The notes: generated by a model not told the origin, from the sequence alone. A stretch of DNA of 64,000 nucleotides from Vicugna vicugna (GCA_013265495.1 MU063601.1:2625214-2689213), one strand, 5' to 3'; positions 24,441-37,087 are shown, counted from the first letter of the stretch. Numbers and translations are program-made.

Positions 24441-27400
24441 CTGAAAAATCCAGGGGATCCTGGGCAGGCCTCCCTGATCCCTCTATGAACTTGGCCAAAT
24501 ACAAGGACTCCCAGGCTTTGGCTTACTGGACTAGGTAGGTGGCAGACTTCCAGTTAGAGAGATGGAGAACACTGTGGGACAGACAGGAGAGACGAGACCT
24601 AGAGGTCCATTTTGCCAGGTGTTTTTGTTAAGTCTGAAGTGTGTGGGAGCCAACCAATAAGGGATGTTAAGTATGCAGAGCTGATGGGTTAAGGGGTGTG
24701 GGATATGACAAGTACCCACTGTTTCCGGTAGACAGCTTGTACCCCTGGCCAGGTTGGCAGCCAGTTCATTGTGTCCAGGGCCCTGTCCCACCAAAGGCAC
24801 ATTTCCAGCTCATTAGAATGACCTGTAGGAGTTAGCTGTGCTGGGGAGGGAGACTGTAATAACATGGAAAAGTACTCACAACAAGAAGTTAAGTGAAAAA
24901 ACAGGAAACAGAATTCTATCAGCACACTGATGCTGATGTTGGGTTTACCTGTAGTCGTGGGTCATTAACAAAAAAAAATGTGTTAGTAGGGTTTGCAACT
25001 GACCCAGTCAACATCCCCTTAGCCACCTGTATTTTGGCTAACATTCTGGGGCATCTCACTGCAAGCTAACCACACCAATTCCACTTTACAGATAGGGAAA
25101 CTGAGGCTCAGAAAAATGAAGTTTCTTACCCAAGACTGGAAAAGGAAGTCAAGATCTGTACCAAGCTGGTCAGACCCCAGAACTGGTGCCCTTGCCTACT
25201 TCCTCCCCACACCCCCGGTCTCTCAGCTTGCCTGAGAACTCTCTCATACTCTCTCCCCTAGAAAAGACAGCAGCTTTTCTCTGGTCTTCATCCTCCCCAC
25301 CCCTTTCCCATCCCATTCCACAAGCCATTCATGATCTTTTTAAACCTGGAACAAGCTGCTTTCTTGCTCAGACTCCTCAGTGGTTCCCTCGGCCCACACT
25401 TCTTGTTCTGGTGCTAAAGACCTCCAGGGTCTGGTACTGACACAGCTTTTGGCCTCATATCCTACCTATCACGTCCTCCCTTCTCTCCTCACACAATCTC
25501 AGACTGCTGACTATTCTCTCTATACCATGTGCATTTCTATACCAGCCCATCCCGTATCCCACCAGAAGAACTTCTACTCAAAGTCACTGCCATAGGTAAA
25601 CCACCTCTGGTCCCTCTCAGTCCCAAAGGAAGCATTCTCTTAGAGAAATCAGGAAAGACTTTTGAATCATAACTATTTTATTTACATATCTATCCACCAT
25701 ACCAATCTACTCCTTAAAATGAGTCTCTTTGGAGCACTGGCCACTCCTACCTTCTATATGCCAACAATCTTTGATGCCTCACAACAAGCTGAAGAAGGCA
25801 CTGTCACTCCTATTTCACAGTTGAGAGAACTGAGGCTCAGAGAAGTAAATTTACTTTCCTAAGTTCATACGGCCAGATAGAAGAGCCAGGAATAAAATCC
25901 AGGTCTATCTGAATAATTAAAAACAAAAACAAGAACAGGTTGGCTAAAGGCAGGCCATGATCCAGGCAGGGGTGGAGACAGCCTGGACAGGCCTCCCCAG
26001 GATCCCCCATGAGCTTGGCCAAATGCAACAAGCAGAGGGCAGAAGCCCGCTGAGAAGGGCAGGATGGCAGGACTAGAGAAGAGACGTGGAGGTAGCTGGG
26101 GCCTGGGAGGGTGAGCCAGGTGAGCGATGGATCTGCTGAAGGATGTGCGGAAAGACAACGGGTACAACTCTGTGCTGTGGTGGAGACAGCAATGGATTTC
26201 AGTGAGTTCCCTTTGAGCCTGAGAATCTACACCTCTCTGACGGAGGACTTTAGGCACTGCAGCGCCCTAGTGTTGTGAGCAATCCTGGAGGCACGGCAGG
26301 GAATGTGAGGGCACCTTCTAAAAGGTAGAGTCCTGCACCTATCACACCCCTGCATATCCTCTACTGCACAAATCAGTCCTTTGGAGAGACATCCTGTCTA
26401 ACTGCTCTGCATTTGTTTTCTTAACCAGTGAGTGTCTGGGCTGGGAACAAATAGTAGTCTCTTGTCCCTACCCCACTCTCCCCAACAAACACAGCTTCTG
26501 TCCTTTCATTTTCCAGGAATTTACAGTCTGGGAGAAGAGTTAGACACAATCACAAATAATAAGTCAGATAGAGTCAAATTCCACTAGTAGGCAACTACGA
26601 TGTGCCAGCTTCTCCTGAATGCTCACACCTGCCCTCTGAGGTGTGATTATCCTGGCTTTACAGATAAGAAAGTGGAGGCTCAGGGGACGGTGTCCCAGGC
26701 CACACAGGTGGGATGACAGCCCAGGTCTCCTGACCACTCCCACCAGGGCCAGAGCTTCCCCTCTTCCCCACTTCTCCCTGGATCTGTTTCCTCATTTGGT
26801 GAACGAAGGCACAGCAGACTGGACAGGCTACCAGGGGCCAAGTGTTTCTGCTGTGACCCCGTGACCTCAGTACAGTTTCATTTCTGCAAAGGGAGACAGA
26901 GCCCTCTCTGACCACAGCAGCTGTCCCCACCCGCCCACCCAAGTCAGGAGGCAGACACTTGCCTGCCAGACGCAAAGGCTGAAGAATCCCTTTGTGAGAG
27001 AGGTCCCCAGGAGTGAAGGGGAGAGAGAGGCTCATCTGGCAGCAAACATTTGCTGCGCTCCTGCCGCTCCTGCCTCTGTGAGGCACAGAGTTGGCACACT
27101 TCACCCAGGAGTTCCTAGCCAGGGGATCCCCCTTACATACAGCGCTGTGCCTGGGCTTAAGTGTGTTCATTCTTCCCAGGGGAAAAGGGCCTCAACTTTC
27201 ACCAGATGCTAGAACCCCAGCTTTAAGGAAACAGTAGGATATTAGGAATCCTCACCACAGGTCACTTACCTGTACAAGTAAGGAAAACAAGGCTCAGGGG
27301 AGTTGAGCGAGTGGCCCCAGGGCACCCAACTAGGAAGTTGCAAACCTGAATAGGATTCCTGCTCTTGGGATGTCTTTGCAATAAGAGAAGAACTCTTAAT

Positions 27401-27899
27401 TAATCTTTTCAGACTCCATTCTGATGCTGTTCTTGGGTGAAACCATCGCTGCCTCCTCCACCCCCATCCAGTGTTGCTCTCTTGCACCCCAGACCTTTCA
27501 AGACCCAGCCCCTGTTGGATCGTCCTGGTCCTCCCCTCCTTGTACCCTGCGCTCCAGTCAGACTCAAACACTCGTGGTGTCCCAGATCACAACACTTACC
27601 TACACCTACACACCTTTGCATGTGCTGTGTCCCCTGCCTGGATCACCCTAACCCCTCCACCCCATCTGTCTGAATAACTCTACTGCTCCTTCAACTCTGG
27701 CCAAGAGTCACCTCGGCTGGAAAGCCATCCCTGACCCGCCTGAGCAGGATTGGGTGACCCCCCCCAGCGTTACCCTTCACACTCCATACACTCCACTTCT
27801 GCTGGGGCACCCAAGTCACATTTCGTTGGAGCACCTCAGTTAGTATCTGCCAGCAGCAGCGCCCCGGCTCCACGGGCATACTCCGGGGATCACCCTGGA

Positions 27900-28800
27900 C
27901 CGTTGATTGTGGCCCCACATGGGTCTCCCCAGGGAGACCCGGGGCTCCATCAAGGCCACAGGGGGCCCTCTCACCATGTTCCCCGCCCTGCTAGCGCGGC
28001 ACGGAGTGGACAGCCAATAAATAATCTGTTGACACGTGAGTTGATGCGGAGTTCACAGCACGCTCTTCAACGGGTCGAACAGTTGTCGTTGTGGTGCCCG
28101 TTGTCGCTGAGATTTCTCTTCCTGCGCAGACCTTGAGCAGCCTACCCTCGTGCTCCTAAAGCAGACCCCCGTCGGGCAGGATTCCGGCCCCACTCTACAA
28201 TCCGCATTCTCCAAACCGATGCTGGACAAAGTCACTTTTTCGCTTCGGAAATGCGGCCCCCGCCAGGGTGGCTGCCCCGGCCGGGGAGGCGCGCGGATCT
28301 GCGTACCGCGGGCGCCGAGGTCACCGCGGCCGCGCGCACCTCGGCCGGCCGCGCTCGGGCCGTTTGAATCTCCCGCCCGCGCGGCCGGCGCGGGCCGGGC
28401 GTGAGAGGCGCGGCGGCAGAGGGGCCGCGCGGCCCTCGCTCGGGCGAGGCACTCCCGGCCGCCCGGCTTCACGTGGGGCCGGCGCCGCGCGACACGGGCG
28501 CGCGCAGGCAACGTCCCCGGCCCACCACGACCGCCGCTGCCCCGGCTGTGTCCGCCCCGCGCGCCGCCCCTCACCCGGACCCTCGGCGCGTGACGGGCGC
28601 GACCTACCTCGCTGCAGGTCCGCCACAAGGAACTCCTCCGCTCGCCAGCCCGGCCGCGAACTGCCCCAGAGCATGCGCTCTGCAGGCCTCCGGCCCCGAC
28701 CCCGGGCCAGAAAAGAAAACAAAGAGCCCGGCGACCCCTGGCGGGCACCCCGGGAAGTGCAAATGGCGCGCTCTGCTAGGACGCTCTTGACCAGGCTCTC
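27900..28800 (-). promoter_or_regulatory. RCC1: RCC1 CpG-island promoter with probable non-coding exon 1 (~28670-28608)
   Basis: Very high CpG/GC content; donor GAG|gtaggt at 28608/28607 (alternative gtgagg at 28574); NRF1-like gcatgcgc (~28670) and YY1-like aaatggcg (~28760). TSS position approximate. Confidence 0.75.
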
Positions 28801-29766
28801 TCCACCCTGGCCCGGGTTCAGTAGGTGTGCATTTTGGAGACCCCAAATCGGTGCAAATGAAATGACAACCAGAAAGACTACTAGGAATCACGGTTTGTTT
28901 GGGAAAATCTGGTGTGGAAGGGACTGTACGGGCAAATGAGATCCTGATCTTCCCTGCACTCATGAGGTTCTCCGTCAGAGAAAGGTGAGAAATCAGACTA
29001 TCAACAACTACCAGGGCTGTGACAAGGGTACACACAGGGTTATCTGGCTCAGCCAGGGCTTAAAAAGGACTTTCCAGGTTAAGGCTAAGAGGGCAGGGCC
29101 TCCTAGAAGACGCATCACTTGCAATGACAGCGAGCGATGAGAGCCTATGGTGGTTATGAGAAACTCGCAGGGTCTGACTGGGGCAGAGAGTGCCACAGGA
29201 GTAACGTGGGGGAGAACTGGAGAGGGAGAGACAGGCCATGGGTTCAGGGTCTCTAAGGACACAGCCTCTACCCTGAGGCAGTGGGGAACTATGAAAGGGA
29301 TTTGAGTACGTGAGTTACATGAGCAGATGTTTGCTTTAGAACAAAATGGAGAATGGACTTGAGGGAAGGGGAAACCAAGAGTCGGGGAGGGAGACCAGAT
29401 AAGAAAGAAGATGAGGGTGTAAATTGAGGTTGGGAGCTAGAGATGGAGAACAGGCACCAAGCCGACTACGCTGTCTTGTTAACACACTCCTTCTTCAGGA
29501 TGAATACAAACATTTCTTTAGGATTTCAAGGGTTTCCTGCGGTGAACTTTCAGGCCATTTGATTGTGTCTGGGGACTTCCTAGGTCAGGGGAGTGAGCGC
29601 TGCAGAAGGACATTTTCTTCATTTCATGTTGATTCTGACTCTGAAAGTCATACTATCATACCTGAACTCTAGATGGACACTTTTTATGAGTGTTTACCAA
29701 CTGAATTTCTTCTCTGCAGAGCCCCTCCCCTCAAAAAAGGTAGTCCCCATCTTCAGAGTCTCTTAC

Positions 29767-29901
29767 CTCTTCAAGTTTACTTCTGCCTCCATCACAGACT
29801 CTTCTTTTGAATGATATACTGTGAAATGTCTCCAAGTTTTAACCCTGGGACCTCTGATCTCTCTCTGCTGTCTTCCTCCAAGATCTTACTCAGTCACATG
29901 G
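29767..29901 (-). other. RCC1: RCC1 upstream 5'UTR exon (135 nt), upstream of the CpG promoter, used by SNHG3-RCC1 read-through RNA; antisense-L2 derived
   Basis: aag acceptor and GAG|gtaaga donor; closely resembles the recalled human RCC1 leader (GTAAGATCTTGGAGGAAGACAGCAGAGAGAG...GATGGAGGCAGAGGTAAACTTGGAGAG); on + it resembles L2 ORF2 (catggctt...). Confidence 0.75.
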
Positions 29902-31269
29902 CTTAATATAATTATAAAAATAATTATTATCACCTATTTTTGTAAAACCTTTTATTTTAACTACAGAAACATGTTCATTCATGTCCATTAGTTCATTTGT
30001 TCCTCATAAAAACTTCAACAGTTGGAAAATGAGAAAAATGAGGTACAAAGAGGTTAAGCAAGTTCTCTGGGGTCATCATACAAGTGGTAGGAGAGTAGAA
30101 CTCTTGTTCAGGGCTTTTTTAAAACTTTTTAGCCATCACCTTTTAACTGAGAGGGCAATCCATCTGGTCTGGTTCTGACCTCCACCCTAAGTTTCAGTCC
30201 TACAATCTATGCAGAAGACTCAACACCCAAAATAAAACTCATTTCCCATGGATCTAGACACATTCCCCCTTCATCCTTCAAGCCAAGGTTAAGGTTCTTT
30301 GACAAGTACAGGTTCAAACCTTAATTTCTTTTCTGACTCATCCTTCTCTGCTCCATGTTCTGTTTCTGCCCCTCTAGTCTAAGCACCAACCTCTTGTGTT
30401 CCTGCCTCTCATCCTTTCCCCTCCATTTCATTTCACCTAGATCCCCAGGTTAGTCTCCCTAAATCAAGAGACCTTGCCCTGCTGAGAAATCTTTAAAGAC
30501 TCAGATATTGCTTTAGTGCTATGCTTGGAGCACCAGGTGGCAAATGCCCCAAGGCGTTGATTCCCATTTTCCCCTTGGCCTTTACACTGCACTCTGGACG
30601 TGCCCATGCTCATTCCTACTTTCTCACCTTTCCTAACAGGGGCCTTCCTTCCTGCCTAGCTGAATTCTTGATATATTTTAAGGCTCACTTCAGTCACCAT
30701 CTCCATGAAGCCTTCCTTGGCTGCACTTATCTTTTCCTCTCTGAACCCAAATATTAATTTTAATTTTTTCACAACCTTTAATTGTTGTATTTTATTCATT
30801 GAACACAAACCATAGTAAGGAGAATAATCAATTGGCCTTGACTCAGAAATGACATAGATGATAGACTCAGAAGTGAATGGCATTAAAAGTTATTATAAGA
30901 GTATTCTGTATGTCCAAAAGTTAAGCAGAGACATGGAAGACATAAAAAGATCCAAAGTGAACATCTTGACAATATCTAAGATGACAAATAAACTGGATGG
31001 GATTAATAATAGATTAGATATTGCAAATGCAATGGTTAGTGAATTTGACGGCATAGCAAAAAACAAAATGGAACACACAGAGAAAAAAATTTTACGTGAA
31101 AATAGCATTAGTGAGCTATGAAATAACTTTAATAAGTAGCCTACTCTACATGTAATTGGAGATCCCAAAACAAGGAGGAACTGGAGATAGAAAATATTTA
31201 AAGAAATAATGGTCAAAAAAAAAAAAAAGAAATAATGGTCAAAATATTCAGACTATAAACCTACGGATC

Positions 31270-31655
31270 TGTGATTAATTTTATGCGTCAATTTGGCTAG
31301 ACTATACTGCCCTGTTGTTTGGTCAATCACCAGTCTAGATGTTGCTGTGAGTCATTTTTTAGATATACTAACTTTTAAATCAGTAGACTTTGAGGAAAGC
31401 ATATGACCCTTTATAATATGAGCAGGCCTCATCCAATCAGTTGAAGGCTTTAAGAGAAGGAATTCTGCCAAGACTGCCTCTGGATTCAAGACTGCAACAT
31501 CAGCTCTTACTGGAATTTCCAGTCTGCTGTCTGGCCCTACAGATTTTAGGCTTTCCGGTCCCCACCACCACATGAGCCAATTCCTTAAATTAAATCTCTA
31601 TCTACACACATACATCCTACTAGTTCTGTTTCTCTAGAGAACCCTGACCCATACA
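31270..31655 (+). mobile_element. MLT2-type (ERVL) solo LTR
   Basis: Begins TGTGATTAATTTTATGCGTCAA, ends TTCTGTTTCTCTAGAGAACCCTGACCCATACA; TG...CA termini. Confidence 0.8.
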
Positions 31656-32369
31656 AAATCTAAGCTCAAGGAACTCCGAGCATAGGAAACAAGGTACATC
31701 AAAATCAAATTGCTCAAAACCAACAATAGAAAATCTTAAAAGCAATCAGAAGAAAGACATTATGTACAGAGGAACAAGAAAAGGATACAATGCAACATCT
31801 TATGTACAGAAGAACAAAGACAAGGATACAATGCCAACAAGAACAGAGCAACATCTCTAATGTGCTCCAGTAAAATTGTATCTAGAAAAGTATATCAAGG
31901 AAAAACAGTGTTCACAAATGAAGGGGAAATTAAGGCATTTTCAGACATGCAAAAGCTGAAAGAATTCATCACCAGCAGACCCATCATAAAAGAAATGTTA
32001 AAGGAATACTTTTGTGTGGAAGGAAAGTGATAGCAAAGTGATAGCAGGTGAGAATCTGGATCTATACGAAGGAGTGAAGGGCATTGGAAATGTAGCCACG
32101 TGGGTAAATATATAAGATTTTTTCTTTTTTGGGGGCGGAGGTAATTAGGTAAGATTTTTTCTTTTTACAAAACTTTAAAAAAGATAATTGCCTGTTTAAA
32201 CAAAAATACTAAGGTATTGTGGATTTTATAACATATATAAAAAGTAAAATACATGACAACAATAACAAAGACTATGGGGTGAGAAATATAAGATCATTAT
32301 ATTAAGTGAAGTAGTATATCATCAATTGAACTTAGACTCTGATAGTTAAAGGTGTATACGATGAGATAA

Positions 32370-32610
32370 ACAAGTTTATACTGTATGGCATAGGGAACTA
32401 TATTCAATATCTTATAGTAACTTATGGTTAAAAAGAATACGAAAATGAATATATGTATGTTCCTATATGACTGAAGTACTGCTCTGTACACCAGAAATTG
32501 ACATAACATTGTAAACCGACTATACTCCAATAAAAATATATTAAAAAATAACTGAATCACTTTGCTGTACACCTGAAACTAACATTGTAAATCAACTATA
32601 CGTCAATTAA
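32370..32610 (+). mobile_element. Stacked L1 3'-end fragments
   Basis: catagggaactatattcaatatctt...acattgtaaaccgactatactccaataaaa followed by a second aatcactttgctgtacacctgaaactaacattgtaaatcaactatac end. Confidence 0.75.
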
Positions 32611-32949
32611 AAAATTTTTTTAAATGAAAAAAAAAAAGATGTATATGTGAATCCCCAAAATGACCACCAAACCAAAAATAACAAAATAGTTATGGCTAAA
32701 AGCCAACAAAGATAAGATGGAATCAGGAAAAGATACTGAATTAAAAAAAAAAAGGGCAGAAAAAGAGTACAAAAGGAACAAAGAGCAGTTGAAACAAAAA
32801 TAGAAAACAAATACCAAGATAAGACTCAATCATATAAAAATAAATGTGTTTTAAACACTTCAATTAAAAGGCAGAGATTGTCATAATATACAGAAAAAGC
32901 AAGACCCAAGTACACACTGCTTACAAGAAATACATGTTAAAATGTAAGT

Positions 32950-33310
32950 ACAGTTGACACTTGAACAACACAGATTTTTTGAAAAAATTATTTTATTTTA
33001 CTTTATTTTTTGGTGGGGGGAGGTAATTAGGTTTAATTGCGGAGGAGGTACTGGGGATTGATCCCAGGACCTTGTGTATGCTAAGCATGTGCTCTACCAC
33101 TTGAGCTGTACCCTCCCCCTGAACAACACAGGTTTGAACTGTGCAAGTTCACTTATACTCAGATTGTTTTCAATAGATATGTACGTACTTCAGTACTACA
33201 CGATCTGAGGCTGGTTGAACCCATGGATGCAGAACTGCAGATAGAGGGCCGACTGTGAAGTTATCTATGGATTTTCAACAGCACCCCCATGTTGTACAAA
33301 GATCAACTTT
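32950..33310 (+). mobile_element. Tigger2-type (TcMar) MITE interrupted by a SINE
   Basis: ta|CAGTTGACACTTGAACAACAC...gttgtacaaagatcaact terminal inverted repeats. Confidence 0.75.
32974..33119 (-). mobile_element. Camelid-type tRNA SINE with 12-nt TSD
   Basis: Reverse of GGGGAGGGTACAGCTCAAGTGGTAGAGCACATGCTTAGCATAC...; tgaacaacacag at 32962-32973 and 33120-33131. Confidence 0.9.
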
Positions 33311-33988
33311 ACACAAATAGGTTAAACATAAGAAGATAGAAAAAGACATACTCTGATGACACTAGTCAAAATAAAGCCAGAGCAGCTATATGAATGGCAA
33401 GGTAAGATTTCAGAGCAAAGAATATTGTTGAGATAAAGAAGGTAAGTTCATGCTAAAGGAGTCAATTAATTAAAATGCACAATCCTAAACATATGCAACT
33501 AATTACAGCGCTTCAAAATACATGAAGCAAAAAAACTGATAGAACTTCTGGAAGAAACAGAACTTCTATCTACAACTAAGACTGGAGATTCCAATATCCC
33601 ACTCTCAGTATTACTGACGGGACAGGTAGGGAGAAAACCAGCAAGGATAGAGTAGACTTGAACAACACTTTCAATCAATTTGAGCTGATTGACATTTATA
33701 GAACCCTTCACATTTCTTCACCCTCTAACTTGATTTCATTTTCAAACATCAGTAACATACTCATTCCTTTCACGTGCACATGAAATATTTACCAAGATAG
33801 GCCAGATTCTGGGTAGAACAAGTCTCAGTAAACTTAAGAGGATTCAAGCATATGGACTGAGGCCACAATGGAATGAAAGTAGAAACCAATAGCAGAAAGA
33901 TCTTTGGAAAACTCCCAAATGCTTAAAAACTAACACACTTTTAAGTAGCCCACAGATCAAAGAAGAAATCAAAAGGGAATTTGAAAGT

Positions 33989-34165
33989 ACTTTGGTTTTG
34001 TTTTTGGTTTATTTTTAATTGAAGTAAGTTGATTTATAATGTTGTGTTAGTTTCTGGTATATAGCATAGTGATTTAGTTATGCATATATATGTTCTTTTT
34101 CATTATAGGTTTTTATAAGATATTGAATGTAGTTCCCTGTGCTATGCATTAGAACCTTGTTGTTA
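33989..34165 (-). mobile_element. 5'-truncated younger L1 3' end with 13-nt TSD
   Basis: ggaatttgaaagt at 33976-33988 and 34166-34178; L1 3'UTR motif gatattgaatgtagttccctgtgctat. Confidence 0.8.
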
Positions 34166-36960
34166 GGAATTTGAAAGTGTTTTGAACTGAATTAAAATAA
34201 AAAAAATAACATAGCAGAACTTGTGGAATATTGTTAAAGCAGTATTTGGGGGAAACGCATAGCACTAAATGCCTAGACTATGGGGAAAAAAAAAGAAAGG
34301 TCTCAAATCAATGACCTCAGGTTCTATCTTAGTAAACTAGGAAAAGAAGAGCAAACTAAACTCAGTGTAAACAGAAGAAAGGAAATACTAAAGATCTAAA
34401 GAGAAATCAATGAAACAGAACACAGAAAAATAATGAAGTCATCAACCAGTGTTTGCTATGTACCAGGCACAGTACTAGGTACTGAGCACACATCTATGGT
34501 CCCATTCGTTGAGGATCCCCCAACTAGTAGGTTAGATGGACATTACCTGGAAAATAATCACTTCAGAATTCTAATACCATGATCATGATGGAATGTTCAG
34601 GGTACCCACCCTGCCTTTGAGAGGCCATTCTGGATGCTTAGGGGGAGGGGAGGGGAGGATGGTGGTTGAGTACAGGCTCTTAAGATGCAGACCTTCAAGT
34701 CCTATTCTGTGACCTTGGGCAAATAATCTAACCTTGATTGTCTTTTCTATAACATGGTTGTAATAAAAGTCTGTGCACTGCATATGATTGTTGGTAAGGA
34801 TGAAAGAATATCTAACACATGGCAAATCCTCATCAAGTGTCAGATACTATCATAAAGACGTTGGTTCCATCCTTCTGAGGGAAGGACATGCACAAAGACA
34901 GAAAGCAGTGAAAGACAGAGGAACAACCAGGGAAGGGCTGTCGCTCCCCAGGAAACTGTACTCATGTCCATTTTAGTATTTTCAAGTCAAGTCAAGCTAG
35001 GCACATAGCAGATATATAATTCATTACAACTGAAACTGAGTTTTTATGGTACAGTGGGTATTGCTAATTAGCTGAATTGCAAGAGTTCAGTGCTTTAAAC
35101 CAGGAATAGCTATATCTCAAGGCATGGTATGATGTAGCGTTGAGTATAGGTTCTGTAGTCAATTGCACAGATGAATGCCACTTACTGGCTGTGTAACTTA
35201 AGCAAGTTCAATGCCTTCAATCTGTTTCATCTGCAAAAATGGGCAGACTACCCACTTTGCAGAGGTGCAAGGAGTATTAGATGAGATAATGTACATATCT
35301 TACCCCACTGCCTTGCTCAAAGCTAGTATGTGGTTTTGGAGTTAGGTTTTAATTCTAGTTCTGCTACTTACTAGTTAGATGATCTTGGGCGATACTAAGC
35401 TCCCTGAATCATCCTCTTTTTAACTCCCCTGGATAGGTAGGGTCCTGAGTGAGATAAGCCTGGTTTAGTGGGTCATTTATCTATGGTGGTGGACTTTATT
35501 GAATAAACTTACTGGATACTATATTCCTCGTTGTCTGCTTTTAAGAGAATTTTCTCACAAGCTCATTGTACTATGAGACTGTAAGCAGCTTTTTACAAGT
35601 ATTAACTAATTCTCATTAGAACTCCAAGAGGTAGGTACTTTTATCCCCACTCAATGCATGAGGAAGCTGAGGCAGAGGTTAAGTAGCTTGCCCAAGACCA
35701 CAGGGACTGCAAGCGTTGGCATCAGACTGTCACGCTTGGTTAACAACTGACTTGACTACAGGCATACATACAGAAAAAAAGCCAGGAGAGCAGGTTTGTA
35801 AAGTCTACAGGTAGATATGGTGCAATCTGAAGTTTAGCTGAAAGGGTGGGACCTAGAATACATGCTGACAGCTTTACTTCAGGTATACTTCCATGTCAGG
35901 AGATACTGTTTTTCACCTACCACCCAGCCCTACCCTGAGGATTTGTTCTAAAAACACTATTCAGGCTTTTTGCATCTACTGTCCAGAGAGTGTTTATGTG
36001 GTAATGATACCAGGTGAGCTAGACACAGGGATAATCCTGGGGATGCAAAGATAAACAGGACCCTGCTTTGTATGTGTCCATCCCAAGGAAGTGTCCCATT
36101 AATTTATGCAGAGGCCCATCTTCCTAGTTGTAGATCTGGGCAATTATGTAGCCTTTCTTTCTGGGTTTTCCCATCAAAACAGACCAATACCCACCTCACA
36201 GAGCTGAGTAATATACGCCAAATGTTTAGAAGAACCTGGCACACGTCACTACTTGTTTTGGGACATGAACTCTCGAGACACAGTGGTACTTGAAACAATC
36301 CAACAAGTTCTCCCAGGTTTTTGTCCAATAATCACAGACACAAGTACTAACTCCTCTTCCCACATACATAAACTCTTGGCTTTGAGCACTTTGCAGTCCA
36401 TCTGGACACATCCCATGTGACCACCAAAACCAACCCCCCAAATCTTCCCCTAAGGGTGACCCCAATGGCTTCTAAATGACTATTCTTGTTAAATTGTGAA
36501 ATTCATTTAGCCGCATCTGAGATCGAAATTCTTACCTTCTAGATGGTTCCCTGCTAGTCCCCATCCTTCAGGGCCTTGATTTCCCCAAGGCTGGCAGCCT
36601 GTACAAGGGCTTGACAAAAAGTTCTATTGTGACTCAACCATACCCCTTGGACACAGGCAGCAGAGGCTTAACCTAACAAGTGGTAACATTTATACAAAAT
36701 CTTGTAGTTGCCAACGTCAATTTGCCAGCAAGGTTAGGTCTGACCAGCAGATTTCCCGTTATCAGTGGCCTACTGCATGAAGTCTGGAATACCACACCTT
36801 AAATCATTAGACAGGTACCTTAAGCATTATCCACCTTTGAATTATCATCCAACAGAAATGAAAACGGGGCTTACCCAAGGAGCTTTTATCTGGGCCCTAA
36901 CCAAAAAGCATTTTCCCAAGTGATGGTAAAGTGTCAATCTCAGACAAGAGCTCAGGGCCT

Positions 36961-37087
36961 TTTATTGTGGAACTAACCAGGCATTAACTGCTTTAACAAG
37001 CAGTTCCATTCACATAATATTCATTCAGCAGTCACATTTGCACATAAAAAAAGGAACCACACAAGTATATATACTATCATCTTTATT
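36961..37087 (-). terminator. SNHG3: Candidate SNHG3 poly(A) signals (AATAAA at 37082-37087 and 36961-36966)
   Basis: tttatt hexamers on + 400-520 nt downstream of exon 3; motif evidence only. Confidence 0.4.

Larger units (their letters stand above)
30770..34440 (+). mobile_element. Old L1 (ORF1-ORF2 relic) with nested insertions
   Basis: ORF1-like (aaactggatgggattaataatagattaga) and endonuclease-like (ctggagattccaatatcccactctcagta...gatagagtagacttgaacaacac) segments, many indels, interrupted by MLT2, Tigger, SINE and younger L1 pieces. Confidence 0.8.

Noticed and set aside
26658-27170. 170 aa minus-strand ORF in RCC1 intron 1
   Set aside because: No splice context or family match; overlaps MIR-like sequence.
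28053-29035. Long ORFs (223, 231, 143 aa) on both strands
   Set aside because: They lie in the RCC1 CpG island; Arg/Pro/Gly/Ala-rich stop-poor frames are expected from GC content; no recognisable domain.
36085-36125. ggaagtgtcccattaatttatgcag faintly resembling TRNAU1AP exon 3
   Set aside because: Short match, wrong location (26 kb upstream of the gene), no splice sites; chance similarity.
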